From Hemiscyllium ocellatum (taxonomy: Eukaryota), in contig NW_026867531.1 of NCBI RefSeq assembly GCF_020745735.1, positions 1-64,000 of the forward strand: 64,000 nucleotides of DNA. Reading direction: 5' to 3'. A program made the position numbers and the translations under genes. Under the pieces are notes generated by a model. That model was not told the origin of the DNA. It ran no database searches and worked only from the letters and a program-made list of their open reading frames with translations. Below are positions 25,355 through 37,048 of the stretch, in pieces (within the stretch, counting starts at the first letter, position 1; each line of letters begins with the position of its first letter).

Positions 25355-25505
25355 CTGGAGGAACACAACAAGCCAGGCCGCTTCAGGAGGTGAGGTCAAC
25401 CTTTTTTGCCTAACTCTTCTGTCCTGAAGAAGGGTTACACCCGACCCCTCCACCTCCCAATGCTGCCTGGCGTGTTGTGTCCTTTCAGCCTCCTGCCTGT
25501 CTATT
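25355..25505. mobile_element. Penelope-derived inverted pLTR remnant with truncated hammerhead
   Basis: Arms ~25355-25395 and ~25447-25490 are reverse complements. CTGAAGA-A-GGG-TTACA-CCC-GA at 25424-25444. Confidence 0.6.
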
Positions 25506-26814
25506 TTCGATTAAAGAATCTGCAGGGTTTTTTTTTTGTTTCTAATGATAGTTGATGCTGACGTTATTGTGGTAATATTTCACCCTGGACTTGGCCAAGT
25601 CGGTCTGATCATTCAGAACCAGTCAGTCAGCTTTTTTTCGGATTCTTACTGCCACAATCTCATGTTAGCATGGCATCGACTTTGGATTCATAAATATTGG
25701 AAAGGGAAAAGAGCAGGCGCTTGTGAGTCCGTTTCCATTTGAGTGCGGCATATATTCACCAGGAAGATAGCTGGACAGCAAGGTTTTAATGATGACGGAG
25801 ACAAATCCCACAAATCCAGGGCTGTAATCCCCAGATTGGAAAGAATCTGAGAGGAAGGGAAGTTGCCGAGAGAACAACGAACTCTTTTGGGACTTGATGG
25901 ACAGAAAGGCCTCTTGCTGCAGTGTGACGTTTGATTAACATCATCATTTATAAATCTAACAATGCTCTGAAATGCTTTCAGGACTGAAGTTATGAAACAA
26001 AGCCTCAAGGTTCTCAGCATTTTATTTCACAGATTATTTCTTGCTCACTAACTTATGAACATTCCCTTTCACTTTTTAACACTTCTATGTCCTTCTTGGA
26101 TTTTACTGTCCAACCTCACATTGTGTCATCAGCAAACGTAACAATTGTATTGATCATCTCAGTCATTGATAGAGATTATAAGTAGCTGTGTCTCGAGTAA
26201 TGGTCCTTGTGGTGCCCAATGATGCCCACATGATAATCTGAAACTTACTTATTTAATCCTACCATTTCCTTTTTGTCCATTATCAGTACTCACACCAAGT
26301 CCAATTTGTCCATCATGGTCTGGGGCAAGTACCTCCCTTGCCATACCCCTGTATCACTCTTCAAACTGTTCGATCTCATTATCAATCATTTTTGTTAGGT
26401 TTCTTCACTATTCATGTCCAGTACGCTGAAAATAACAGAGAATGAATCACTCCCATCTGCTGCCCTGTAGCTGTTACATGTCTCACAATCAGCATCTCTC
26501 TGCATGTCCAGTACACTCCAGGCAATAGAGAATGAATCATTCCTATCTGCTGCTGTATGGTTTCAGGTGTGTCTCAGAGTCAGCTCTGAAACAATTCTGG
26601 GATGGTTTCATCCTGGTCGGACAATCTGTATTAATGAGCGCTCACTCAATTCTTGAGGATATCTTTTGCTGAGTTATTTACTTTGTTTAGAGGTTTGTCT
26701 TAATATGAGAAGTTATACAACATAAAACATTACAGCGCGGTACAATCCCTTCGGCACTCAATATTGCACCACCCCGTGATCGCAATCTGAAGGCTATCTA
26801 ACCTCTATTCTTTT

Positions 26815-27165
26815 GGGTAGCACGGTGCTCAGCGGTGAAAATTGCTGCTTCACAGCACCAGGGACTCAGGTTCGATTCCAGCCTCGGGCGACTGCCTGTG
26901 TGGAGTTTGCAATTCTTCCCTGTGTCTGCATGGGCGTCCCCTGGTTGCTCTGGTTTCCTTCCACAATCCAGGAATGCGCACGTTCGGTAAATTGGCCGTG
27001 CTAAATTGACCGTAGTATTCAGGTATATGTAGGCTAGGTGCATTAATCAGGGGTAAATAGAGGGTAGGCGAATGGGTTAATATTCGGTGGGTCGGTGTGG
27101 ACTCATTGGGCTGAAGGGCCTGCATCCACACTGTGGGGATTCTAATAAATTCTAATTCCATTCTC
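26815..27165 (+). mobile_element. HE1 SINE inserted into a minus-strand CR1 3' end (26712-27730)
   Basis: gcacggtgctcagcggt head, ggttcgattcc B box, V core and ttctaat tail. The flanks read LQLYKTLV.LHLENCVQFW on minus. Confidence 0.85.
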
Positions 27166-27931
27166 ATACATATGCCTGTCCAATGACAATTTCAATGCTC
27201 TTAAAGTTGGTGAGTTCATGCCCCTACTACTCTCTAGGGGAAGTAACTACCAATGACATCTGTCCGAGATCCGTCACCCCTCAATTTAAAGCTATGTGCC
27301 CTTGTGCTAGCCATAACCATCCGAAGAAAAAGACTCTCATCCAATCTAATCTGTTATTTTTCTTATATGTCTCAATTTAATCACCTCTCAACCTTCTTTA
27401 CTTTTACATAAACAGACTCAAGTCCTTCAACCTTTCCTCATAAGATCTTTCCTCTGTACCAGGGAACATCTGAGTAAATCTCCTGTGTACCCTTTCCAAA
27501 TCTTCTACATTCGTCTTATAAAGCGACAACCAGAACTGTACGCAATTCTCCAAATGCAGCTGCACCAGAGTTTTGTAGAGCTGCAACATGACCTATTGGT
27601 TCTGAAACGCAATCCCTCTACCAATAAAAGCCATCACAACGTATGCCTATTTAAAAACCCTATCAACCTGATTGGCTAATTTCAAAGATCCAAGTGCATT
27701 GACACCGAGATCTCTCTGCTTATCGACACTACTCTGTATTCCTGTTATTCCTCACTTCACAGTTTTTCAAACTAATTGGTTGCAATGTTGGATTTGTTTA
27801 GCGCTTACAATGTGTCAACTCAAGTAACCAACTCTTATCAGTTCATGGCAGAGTCTCTGTTAAACTGGGAAACAACATTCCAGTGCTGTGGAGAACAGTT
27901 CTCAGAAGGAAACTTAAAAATCCCAAGTTAA

Positions 27932-30826
27932 TTTGCATGGATCAGTACTTGGGGCTCCGATGTTATGGCCATAACGGAGACATGGGTTTCACAGGGGCAG
28001 GAATGGTTGCTTGATGGTCCATTGTTTAGAACATTTAAAAGAATAGGGAAGGTGGAAAAAGTGGAGGGCGTGCAGCATTGCTAATCAAAGAGTGCATCAC
28101 AGAGACAGAAACGAAGGTTGTTCAGGAAGGTTTGTCGACTGAGTCAGTATAGGTGGAAGTTAGGAGCAGCAAGGGAGCAGCTATCTCATTCGGGGTTTTC
28201 TACAGACCACCTAGTATCAGTAGAGAGATTGACAAACTCATAGGCGGGTAGATTCTCGAAAAATTCAGATGTAGCAAGATTGTTGAAATGGGTGATTTCA
28301 ACTTTCCCAACATTGACTGGAAACTCGTAAGTGCAGATGCTTAGACGGATCCGTTTTTGACAGGTGCGTTCAGAACGGCTTCCTTACTCAGTATGTAGAC
28401 AAGCCGGTGAGGGGAGAGGCCATTTTAGATTTCGTGTTCAGCAACCTGCCAGGACAGGTGTCAGATCTCACGGTGGGAGAACACTTTGGTGACTGTGATC
28501 ACAACTCCCTCACATTTACCATAGCCTTGGAGAGGGAAAGGAGCAGTTACTGAGGGAAGATATTTAATTGGGGAAAAGGAAATTATGACGCTATTAGACA
28601 GGATTGGGAAATACCGACTGGGAGCAATTGTTCCACAGAAGGGGCACAGCAGACATGTGGAGACTTTTTAAGGAGCAGTTGTTGCGAATGATGCACAAAT
28701 TTGTTCCTCTGAGACAGGTAAGAAGGGGTAAGATTAATGAGCCTTGGATTACGAGAACAGAGGAGCTTCTCCCCCGGAGGAAGGAGGCAACTTGTGGAAG
28801 ATGGAGGAAGCAAGGATCTAGCATAGCTTTAGAGGGTTATAGTCTTGCGAGAAAGGAGATCCAAAATGGACTGAGGAGAGCCAGGAGGGGGCACGAGAAA
28901 GGCTTGGCAAGAAGGAGATGGGAGAACGTAACGGCATTTTCCTCATAGGTGAGGAATAAGAGAATTATCACGGAGAAGCTAGGACCGATCAGGGATAGCG
29001 GATGGAACTTGTGCATGGAGTCTGAGCAGACAGGGGAAGCCCTTCATGAGGTTTTTGCTTCGGTTTTCAACAAGGAAAGAGACCCTTGTTGTGAATGAAA
29101 ACTCTGAGGAGCTGGGATACAGAGTGACCAGATCTAGACTGGTGAAGGAGATGTGCTGGAAATTTTGGAAAACATTAAGATTGATAAGTCCCGAGAGCCA
29201 GACCAGATTTATCCTCAGCTGCTTCGGGAAGCGAAACAGGAGGTTGCTAAGCCGCTGGCCAGGATATTTGCGTCCTCACTCTCCACAGGAGTAGCACCAT
29301 GGGATTAGAAGGAGGTGAATGTTGTTTCTTTTTTCAAGAAGGGTAGTAGGGAAATCCCTGGCGATTACAGACCAGACAGTCTTATGTATGTGGACAGCAA
29401 AGTATTGGGAAGAATCCTGAGGGATAGGATTTATGACTATTTGACAAAGGATAGTGTCATTAAAGGCAGTCAGCATGGCTTTGTGAGGGGCAGCTCATGT
29501 CACAAAAATCTGATTGAGTTCTTTGAGGAGATGATAAGATAGGTCGACGAAGATCGAGCAGAGGATGTGGTGTACATAGAATTCAGCAAGGAGGTTGATA
29601 AAGTTCCCCATGGTAGGCTCATTCAGAGAATCAGGAAGTATGGGATACAGGGAGATTTGGCTTTCTGGATTCAGAATTGGATTGGCTGACACAAGGCAGA
29701 GAGTGTTTGAATATGGAATGTATTCTGGCTGGAGATCAGTGTTGAGTGGGGTCCCACAGGACTCTGTTCATGGTTCTCTGCTCTTTGTAGTCATTGTAAA
29801 AGACTTGGATGAAGGGGTTGAAGAATGGGTTACGAAATTTGCAGATGACACAAATGTTGGAGGTGCCATCGATGGTATCCTGGGCTATTGCAGGTTGCAG
29901 TGCCACATAGGTAGGATCCAGAGCTGGGCTGGGAAATGGAAGATGGAGTTCAATATGGATAAATGGGAAGTGGGGCATATTTGAAGGTCGAACTCGAATG
30001 CTGAACATAGGATTAAAGACAGGATTCTTGGCAGTGTTCAGCAACACAAGGATATGGGTGCAGAAGTACGTAGATCCCTCAAATTTGCCACCCAAGTGGA
30101 TAGGGGAATTGAGAAAGCATATGGTGCTTTGGCTTTCATTAACAGGGGGATCGACATTAAGAGCAACGAGGTTTTGCTACAGTTTCGGGCAAAAGCCCTT
30201 CATCTGTCGAATTTCCTGTTCCTTGGATGCTGCCTGACCTGCTGCGCTTTAACCAGCAACACATTTTCAGCTCTGATCTCCAGCATCTGCAGACCTCACT
30301 TTTTACCCAAGTGGATAGGGTTGTTAAGAAAGCATATGGTGTTTAGGCTTTCATTTACAGGGGAATCGAGTTTGAGAGCTGCGAGGTTTTGCTACAGCTC
30401 TACAAGTCCCTGGTGAGACCACACCTGGAATATTGTGTCAGGTTCTGGTCGCCCTGCTATAAGAAATAGATAGAGGCTTTGGAGAGGGTGCAAAGAAGGT
30501 TTACCAGGATGCTGCCTGAACTGGAGGGCTTGCCTTATGAAGAAAGGTTGAATAAGCTCAGACTTTTCTCTCTGGAGAGATGGAGGGAGAGAGGAGACCT
30601 GATTGAGGTATACAAAATAATGAGAGGAATATGGAATGTTTTGCCAGCAGTGGTGGTGGAAGCAGAGTCATTAGGGACATTTAAGTGACTGCTGGACATG
30701 CAAATGTTTAGCAGTGAGTTGAGAGGTGTGTGGGTTGTTATTATATTTTACATTAGGATTAGACCTCGGCACACTGTCGTGGGCCAAAGGGCCTGTTCTG
30801 TGCTGTATTTTTCTATGTTCTATGTT
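27932..30826 (+). mobile_element. Near full-length CR1/HER1 ORF2 (APE endonuclease and RT), pseudogenised
   Basis: AITETW, GDFNFPNIDW, GDCDHN, YRPDSL, SQHGFVRG and KFADDT motifs. The 3' UTR ends in ttctatgttctatgtt. Confidence 0.93.
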
Positions 30827-33149
30827 AAAGCATCTCATAAATGTGAGTATTAATATCCACTTTGGCAGATTTAATTGATTCTCATTGGAATGTATCTGCC
30901 AAACTTTAGCAAAACCGAATCAGCAAACAGCTTCAGACTGTGCCCACGTCCAACACAAAACATTGCTGCTCCTCATTCACTTTTCAAATGCACTGCTCCA
31001 TTCCAAATAGCAGACCACCCGTTCCCATTCATAGACATTTGTTTCTGATGGATGGAAGTGGTTGTTTCTGTACTTCTGCCATTTTTATTGAACTCATCTC
31101 AAGTTACACTTTAGAATTTGACGGTCAGGCCAAGACTGTTTGTTTTAAGCTTTATCAATTTTGACCAGGTTGCCAGCTCTTCATGTTCTTGAATATTGGA
31201 ATGGGACTGGGTTCTATCAGCCCTCTAGGGACAGGCTGCAAGGTCATTAGGTGGATAGTGGAGTGGAAGATGAGAAGGGAAGGAAGGGGTTTCAGTGGCT
31301 CTCATATTTCCACCTCCGTAATATTTTATTGATCCCAAATTCGGGAAAGGATGACCACTCAGGTGGTCAATGTAGAGTGTGTTCCTGCCAATGCTGGCAG
31401 TTTATTAGCAGTAAGGTCCTCCATTGTGTGGGAGACCTCCCCCTGCATCCTAGTGACACACCTGGAGGATGTCCCTCCTAATGTAGTAGCTTATGGCTCA
31501 CAACAGGGTATCCCATCTGCACACTGGAACAGTCCCCTGTCCATGGTGGCGATCATTACGGGAACTGGAAATCAGAGTAAGTGAGTGAAAGAAGCCGTGA
31601 GGGCTAGAGTGTTCACAACATTCCCAGGACCAGGTTGGCAGCTCCTACTGAGGCCATTAATAAGTCATTGAGATCCCCCAATTGGTGCATGGACGATGGG
31701 TTACTCCTACTCCCAGTAAGAGTACTGTGATTACAGCTTTTTCAGTGCTATCAAGCAAATAGTGAAGTGGGGCCATGTGATAAAATCATTTACATTCAGT
31801 GCTGGATACTTGAGACATTTTTGTGAGAAACTTTATAATTCTTCTAAATGTTCTTCATGCACTTTTTTGTTCCATACAATGGTGATTTTCTACATAGGAT
31901 TACAGAGGGAAAACAGACCATTTGGCACAATCAGTTCATGCCAGTGTGTATGTTCTACTCAAGGTGTTTCACATCTTTCCTCATCTAAATCGCCCGTTGT
32001 AATTCTCTATTCCCATCCCTTCCAAGTGCTCGCCTAGTTTCCTTGAAATACATCTAAACTATTGATTTCAACTATTCCGTCTGGTCATATATTCCCATTC
32101 TCATAATTTCTTCTGAATTCCCTTTTGGACTTCTTGAGGTACCGTCTTATATTGACAGCCTCGAGTTATATTCTATCCCATAGTGAAATGTTTTCTCTGT
32201 ACCTTCACTTTTCAAAACCTTTCATAATTTTAGAACTGTCAGCCTTCTTTTCAAGAGAGAAGTGAACAGCACAATTCTTCGTTGATATGCACAGCCAGAA
32301 ACTCGTGTAGCATTCTCATAAATCATCTCTTCACTCTCTCTCATACATTCTATAATATGTCAACTCGAACTGCAGGCAATACTCTTAATTATAGTCAACC
32401 AAATTTTTATAGTGACCCTACTTTCAAATCTATCCCTTTAGAGATACAACTTAGAGCTTTGTTTGCATTTTTATGGCCTTTGGAACCTGTGGTGAAATTG
32501 TTAGTGACTGATGTAATTGTCTGAAATCCCTTTGACTCCCTCACTTAGACGTGCATCTTTGAATAAGTGACCTGCACATTATTCCTACCAAGATGTAACA
32601 CCTTATGTTTATCTGTGTGGATCTTCATTTGCTAATTATTTGAATATACCGTAAATTAATTAATGATCTCTTGCAACTTCTTGGAATCCTCAGAATTGGC
32701 TACATTTCAACATTCCTTTCCAATTTGGTGTCATTGAATTGCTAACTTTTTTGTCGTAATTAGATGCAATATTTAATTTGCAGTTTTACTTTATTTTGTT
32801 TTGAAGTTTTAGAGAGGTGCAGTAATCCACACGTTAACTATAACAACTAAATGTAGAATGACAGATAGATGAAAATTATTACAAACACAGGACTAATTAA
32901 TAGACTCTATTAATTCACGGTCAAAACAGCGAATTATTTTTTACATGAATGACATGGTGAGATGATCCGTAGTGCAATAACTTTTTGTCCATTTTTTTGT
33001 TGCAGTTTATTTCCCCAGGTCTTTCTGTGCTACTGATTTAAAATTGAAAAGGCACCCATCCTCCATTTTAAACTAAATGACAATAAAAAAAACAGCATTT
33101 ATGTTAAATGCAACATGATTTATGAAGCCAATCCTCTAGGCTTATACAT

Positions 33150-34560
33150 ATTCACAGCCATGTAGAGCTATATAGGGAGAAGCTGAATAGGCTGGGGCAG
33201 ATTCCTCTGGAGAGTTGGAGGCTGAGGGGTGACTTTATAAAGGTTTATAAAATCATCAGAGGCATGGATACGGTGAATAGACAAGGTCTTTTCCCTGAGG
33301 TGGGTGGAGTCTCATCTAAACCGTGAGTATAGGTTTAGAGTGAGAGGGGAAAAAGTTGAAAGTACCGAAGGAGTAACTTTTTCATCCAGAGGATGGTGTG
33401 TATGGAATGAACAGGAGGTGTATGGAATGAACTGCCAGAAGAAGCGGTGGAGGCTGGTGCAATTTCAACATTTAAAAGGCATCTGAGTGTGTATAAGAAT
33501 AGGAAGGGTTTAGAGGGATATGGGCCAAGTACTGGCAAATGGGACTAGATTAGTTTAGGATATCTGGTCATCATGGGCAAGTGAGACTGAAAGATCTGTT
33601 TCCAAGTTGTACATCTCTATGACTCTATGATCTACCCCTTTGCTCTTAATGTACTAGTCGAATCTCTTTGGATTATCTTTAACATTATCTCCCAAGGCTA
33701 TCTCATTTTCCTTTCTTGCCCTCCTCATTTCCCTCTTTAGAATGTCCCTGCACCTCTTGTACTCTTCGAGATTCACTTGATCTCATTTATCTATATCTAA
33801 TATATGATTCATTCTTACTCTGAACCAGAGCCTCAATATCTTTATTCCTCCAGTGTTCCCTCTTCTTACCAGCCTTACCTTCACACTAACAGGAACATCA
33901 CACCTCCAAACTCTCGTTATCTCACTTCTGAAAGCTTCACTCTTGCCGGCCGTCCCTTGAGCTGCAAACAGTCTACTCCAATCAACTCTTGAAAGATTTT
34001 GTCTCATACTATCAAAATTTGCCCTAGTTCAATTAAGAACTTTAACTTATATATAATGCCAATCCTTTCCATAGATGTTTTAAACTAATCGAATTATGAC
34101 CCCGGCCCCAAAAAGCTCCCCTACTAACCATTCAGTCACTTGCCCTGCCTTATATCACAAGAGTAGGTCAGGATTGCTCCTTCTGTGAGAGTTACATCTG
34201 TATATTAATGAAGAAAATTGACTTTAGCACTTACCAAATTCCTCACCATCCAAGCTCTTAAGACCATGGCTGTCCCACTTTATGTTTGGAAGGTTAAAAT
34301 TTGTGATTATTACAATCCTATTATTCTTACGTATAAATAAGATCTCTCCACATATTTGTTACTCAATTTCACTCTGACTACTGGGGGGACTATTACAATT
34401 GCATCAAAGTAAACATGCCCTTCTTATTTCTGAGTTCCATCCACATAGCTTCACTGGACCATCCCTCAGAAATACCTTGTGGTAGAACAGCAGTAATGTT
34501 TCACCACAAGAAAAATTGACTCCAATCTCCTTCCAGCTCTTCCTACTTCTGCCGTACCTT
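33150..34560. mobile_element. CR1 3' end (+, 33150-33632) abutting an inverted CR1 EN/linker fragment (-, 33635-34560)
   Basis: ctctatgactctatga tail. The minus strand gives RQNLSRVDWSRLF…AFRSEI. Confidence 0.8.
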
Positions 34561-36337
34561 TGATGGTGGAAGGGGCTTTGAACATAAATGATTCAATTTA
34601 CTGGTGATAGTTAGTAGCTGAAAATAAAGATACTATGGGGACCTTGGGTGATGGGAAATAAAAGGTTACATTGTGTGGAAGGAAAATTCTGGATAGAATC
34701 AAGAATTTTAAAAAACGAACTCCACTCTGTCTGCCCAGGTCTTCCCTACACCGCTGTACCTCCAGAGTACTTTCAACTTATTTTGATGAGTTCAAGTTAA
34801 TCTCACCCGCTGTTTTGTACTTGTCAACCATTTGTTAACGGGTGTTTGCTGTTTCAGAATGTAGGTTGCCTTATTGTGTATGTTCTCAGAGTTCAGTGTT
34901 TGGGTCCTTGTTGTTCCAACCTGTGTTTTGGTCTCTAATGCAAAATTACAGAAAAATATTAATAGCAATTTAAGGTAAAATGTTAGGATATTGGAAGAAC
35001 AGCATAGAGCATCAAGTTTGACAGAGGGGTTGTGGGAAAGGACGTGGAAAGCAGCAGAGTTTCCAGAACTTCTGATCTCTGCCTTCCCTGATCGAAATCA
35101 ACCTGTGATTGATCATTTTTGAGGATTGTTATTCATTAATATCGGTGTGTCAGATAGATCTCCGTCTCAGGGAGGGGTGACGTGCTCCTTTGTTTTGTGA
35201 TGAACTCAGGGGAACATACAATACTAAGGGAGTAAACCCAAAGGGGGTGAAGGAGCAGAGGATCCTCCGTGTGTATGTGCACAAATCAGGGAATGGACCA
35301 TGACACGTGGACAGAAGAGCAAATAAACCCTACTTCATCAATAACACTGTAGAGAACAAACACAAAGCAATTATGTTACACTGAAATCAAACAGTCTCTT
35401 GTCTCACCTGGAATATTGCAGGTGCCACATTTTTGACAAAATGCGAAGTTATGAGATTGGGTGCGTGACTGATTCACAACACTATTCCCGGGATGATACA
35501 CCTCACCAACTCTGAGAAATTGAGAATATTCTCCTCTGCTGATAGTTCCCAGACTCTGTGAACAGTTGCTATGATTTGTTCTCAATTCCATCTTGCGTCA
35601 TATAGATCCCAATGGCTGAATATTTCAGGGACTCATGAGCTCTGCCTTGTCTGATCAACATCGAACTCTGATTTATTATTTTTGAGGGTTGCTGTTCAGT
35701 AATATCCCTGTATCAGATAGATCCCAGTCTCATTTCCTGGGATTTGACAGGTGTGGTGTGTCAAATAGATCCCAGGAATTGTGCTCCATGAGATTTATGT
35801 GTGAGAAAATCTCCACTTCTGAGAATCCGCCCTTGGAGTGTGCACGTGTTGCTGTCTGACTACCTGACTGAACGTTGACATTTTTGGCTGATGAATGTTT
35901 CGTTGGGCGTTTTAGGTGGTGAGTTATGCATTACTAACCAGGCTGTCCGGACATTGGGAGTACATGTAGTTTAGACGGTGTAGAGTAAACTTTCAAACTC
36001 CTTTGCCTGCCTTTTATAGGCTTCTGGTGGAGCAAAGCTCCTAATTTGTATCATTACGTGACCCGAGGCCGTGACCCTTGGTGCATAAGAGGAAATGTTC
36101 TCTAATCATTCTGCCTCTGGAGTGTTCCATCAGGCATATCGTGTGAAAGATGTATTTACATTAGTGGGCGGCATGGCAGCGCAACATTAAACTAAATGAC
36201 TGGATGAAACACAACCAAACAGAACAAATGAAAGTATTTGGCTGGGAAAGGAGTAGGATGTGGGAAAATGTATGATTACTGACTGGCCTTGAAGAAAGAA
36301 TGAAGCAAACTCAAGGTTAGTGCATATTCATTCGAGA

Positions 36338-36343
36338 TTTATT
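36338..36343 (-). terminator. Probable membrane-form polyadenylation signal
   Basis: First AATAAA noticed on the minus strand after TM2, ~430 nt downstream of the stop. Confidence 0.55.
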
Positions 36344-36772
36344 AACCATTTCAGAAAGCATTTTTATCCAAAAAGTTGATGTAAAAGCTAACAGAGGTGA
36401 ATATAATGGCTGGTTGCCACATTGAGACGAGAACACATGCGCTGTGAGGTGGGAATTTTCTGTACTTCAGTTACAGTCACAAGAAAGGGAATACAAAGGC
36501 TGATCAGAAAGGGTAGGCAACCATTCTGAGTAAGGAACAAATAAAAACATAACAAATGGGCTTCAAACAACAGGGAAGCTACAAATTCTTCCAACCACAA
36601 CCATCTCAAAGATATCAAAGTAAAAACAAAAATCCATCAATAATTGTCTCAGTTACACACTGATAAACTGCAGTGATCTCACTGTTAGAGTCAGCAACAG
36701 GACAGATTGTAGATTGGGAATTCAGAGACCTTGATAAGCAGATCAGGAAAATCAAAGGAGTCCACAATTCAT

Positions 36773-36781
36773 TCACTTAAC
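36773..36781 (-). CDS. IGHM: TM2 exon (VK*), completing the KVK cytoplasmic tail
   Basis: Pyrimidine tract plus CAG, then GTT AAG TGA. The TM1-TM2 intron is 139 nt. Confidence 0.92.
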   Translation of the reverse strand, partial: VK

Positions 36782-36920
36782 CTGGAAAAGAGAGATAAAG
36801 CAATGACGCAGATATTTATGATCAGGGACTTTCAGATTTAATGTTTATTCAATGGCACACTTAGAGATTTCACAAAACAGATTGGGCTGCTTGGCGTGAG
36901 AAAGATGTGATTATTCTCAC

Positions 36921-37048
36921 CTTCACCAGAGTGACGGCAGCGCTATAGAAAATACTCAGGAAGAACAAGGTGATGAACGTGGAAGCAGTTGTCCAGATGT
37001 TGCTGTTATCATCCTCATAGTCTTCAATCCAAGTGCGATCTATTGAAT
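36921..37048 (-). CDS. IGHM: TM1 exon (DSIDRTWIEDYEDDNSNIWTTASTFITLFFLSIFYSAAVTLVK)
   Basis: TAG acceptor in phase 1 matching the CH4 internal donor. Acidic spacer, conserved CART motif (TFxxLFxLSxxYSxxVT) and GTGAGA donor. Confidence 0.96.
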
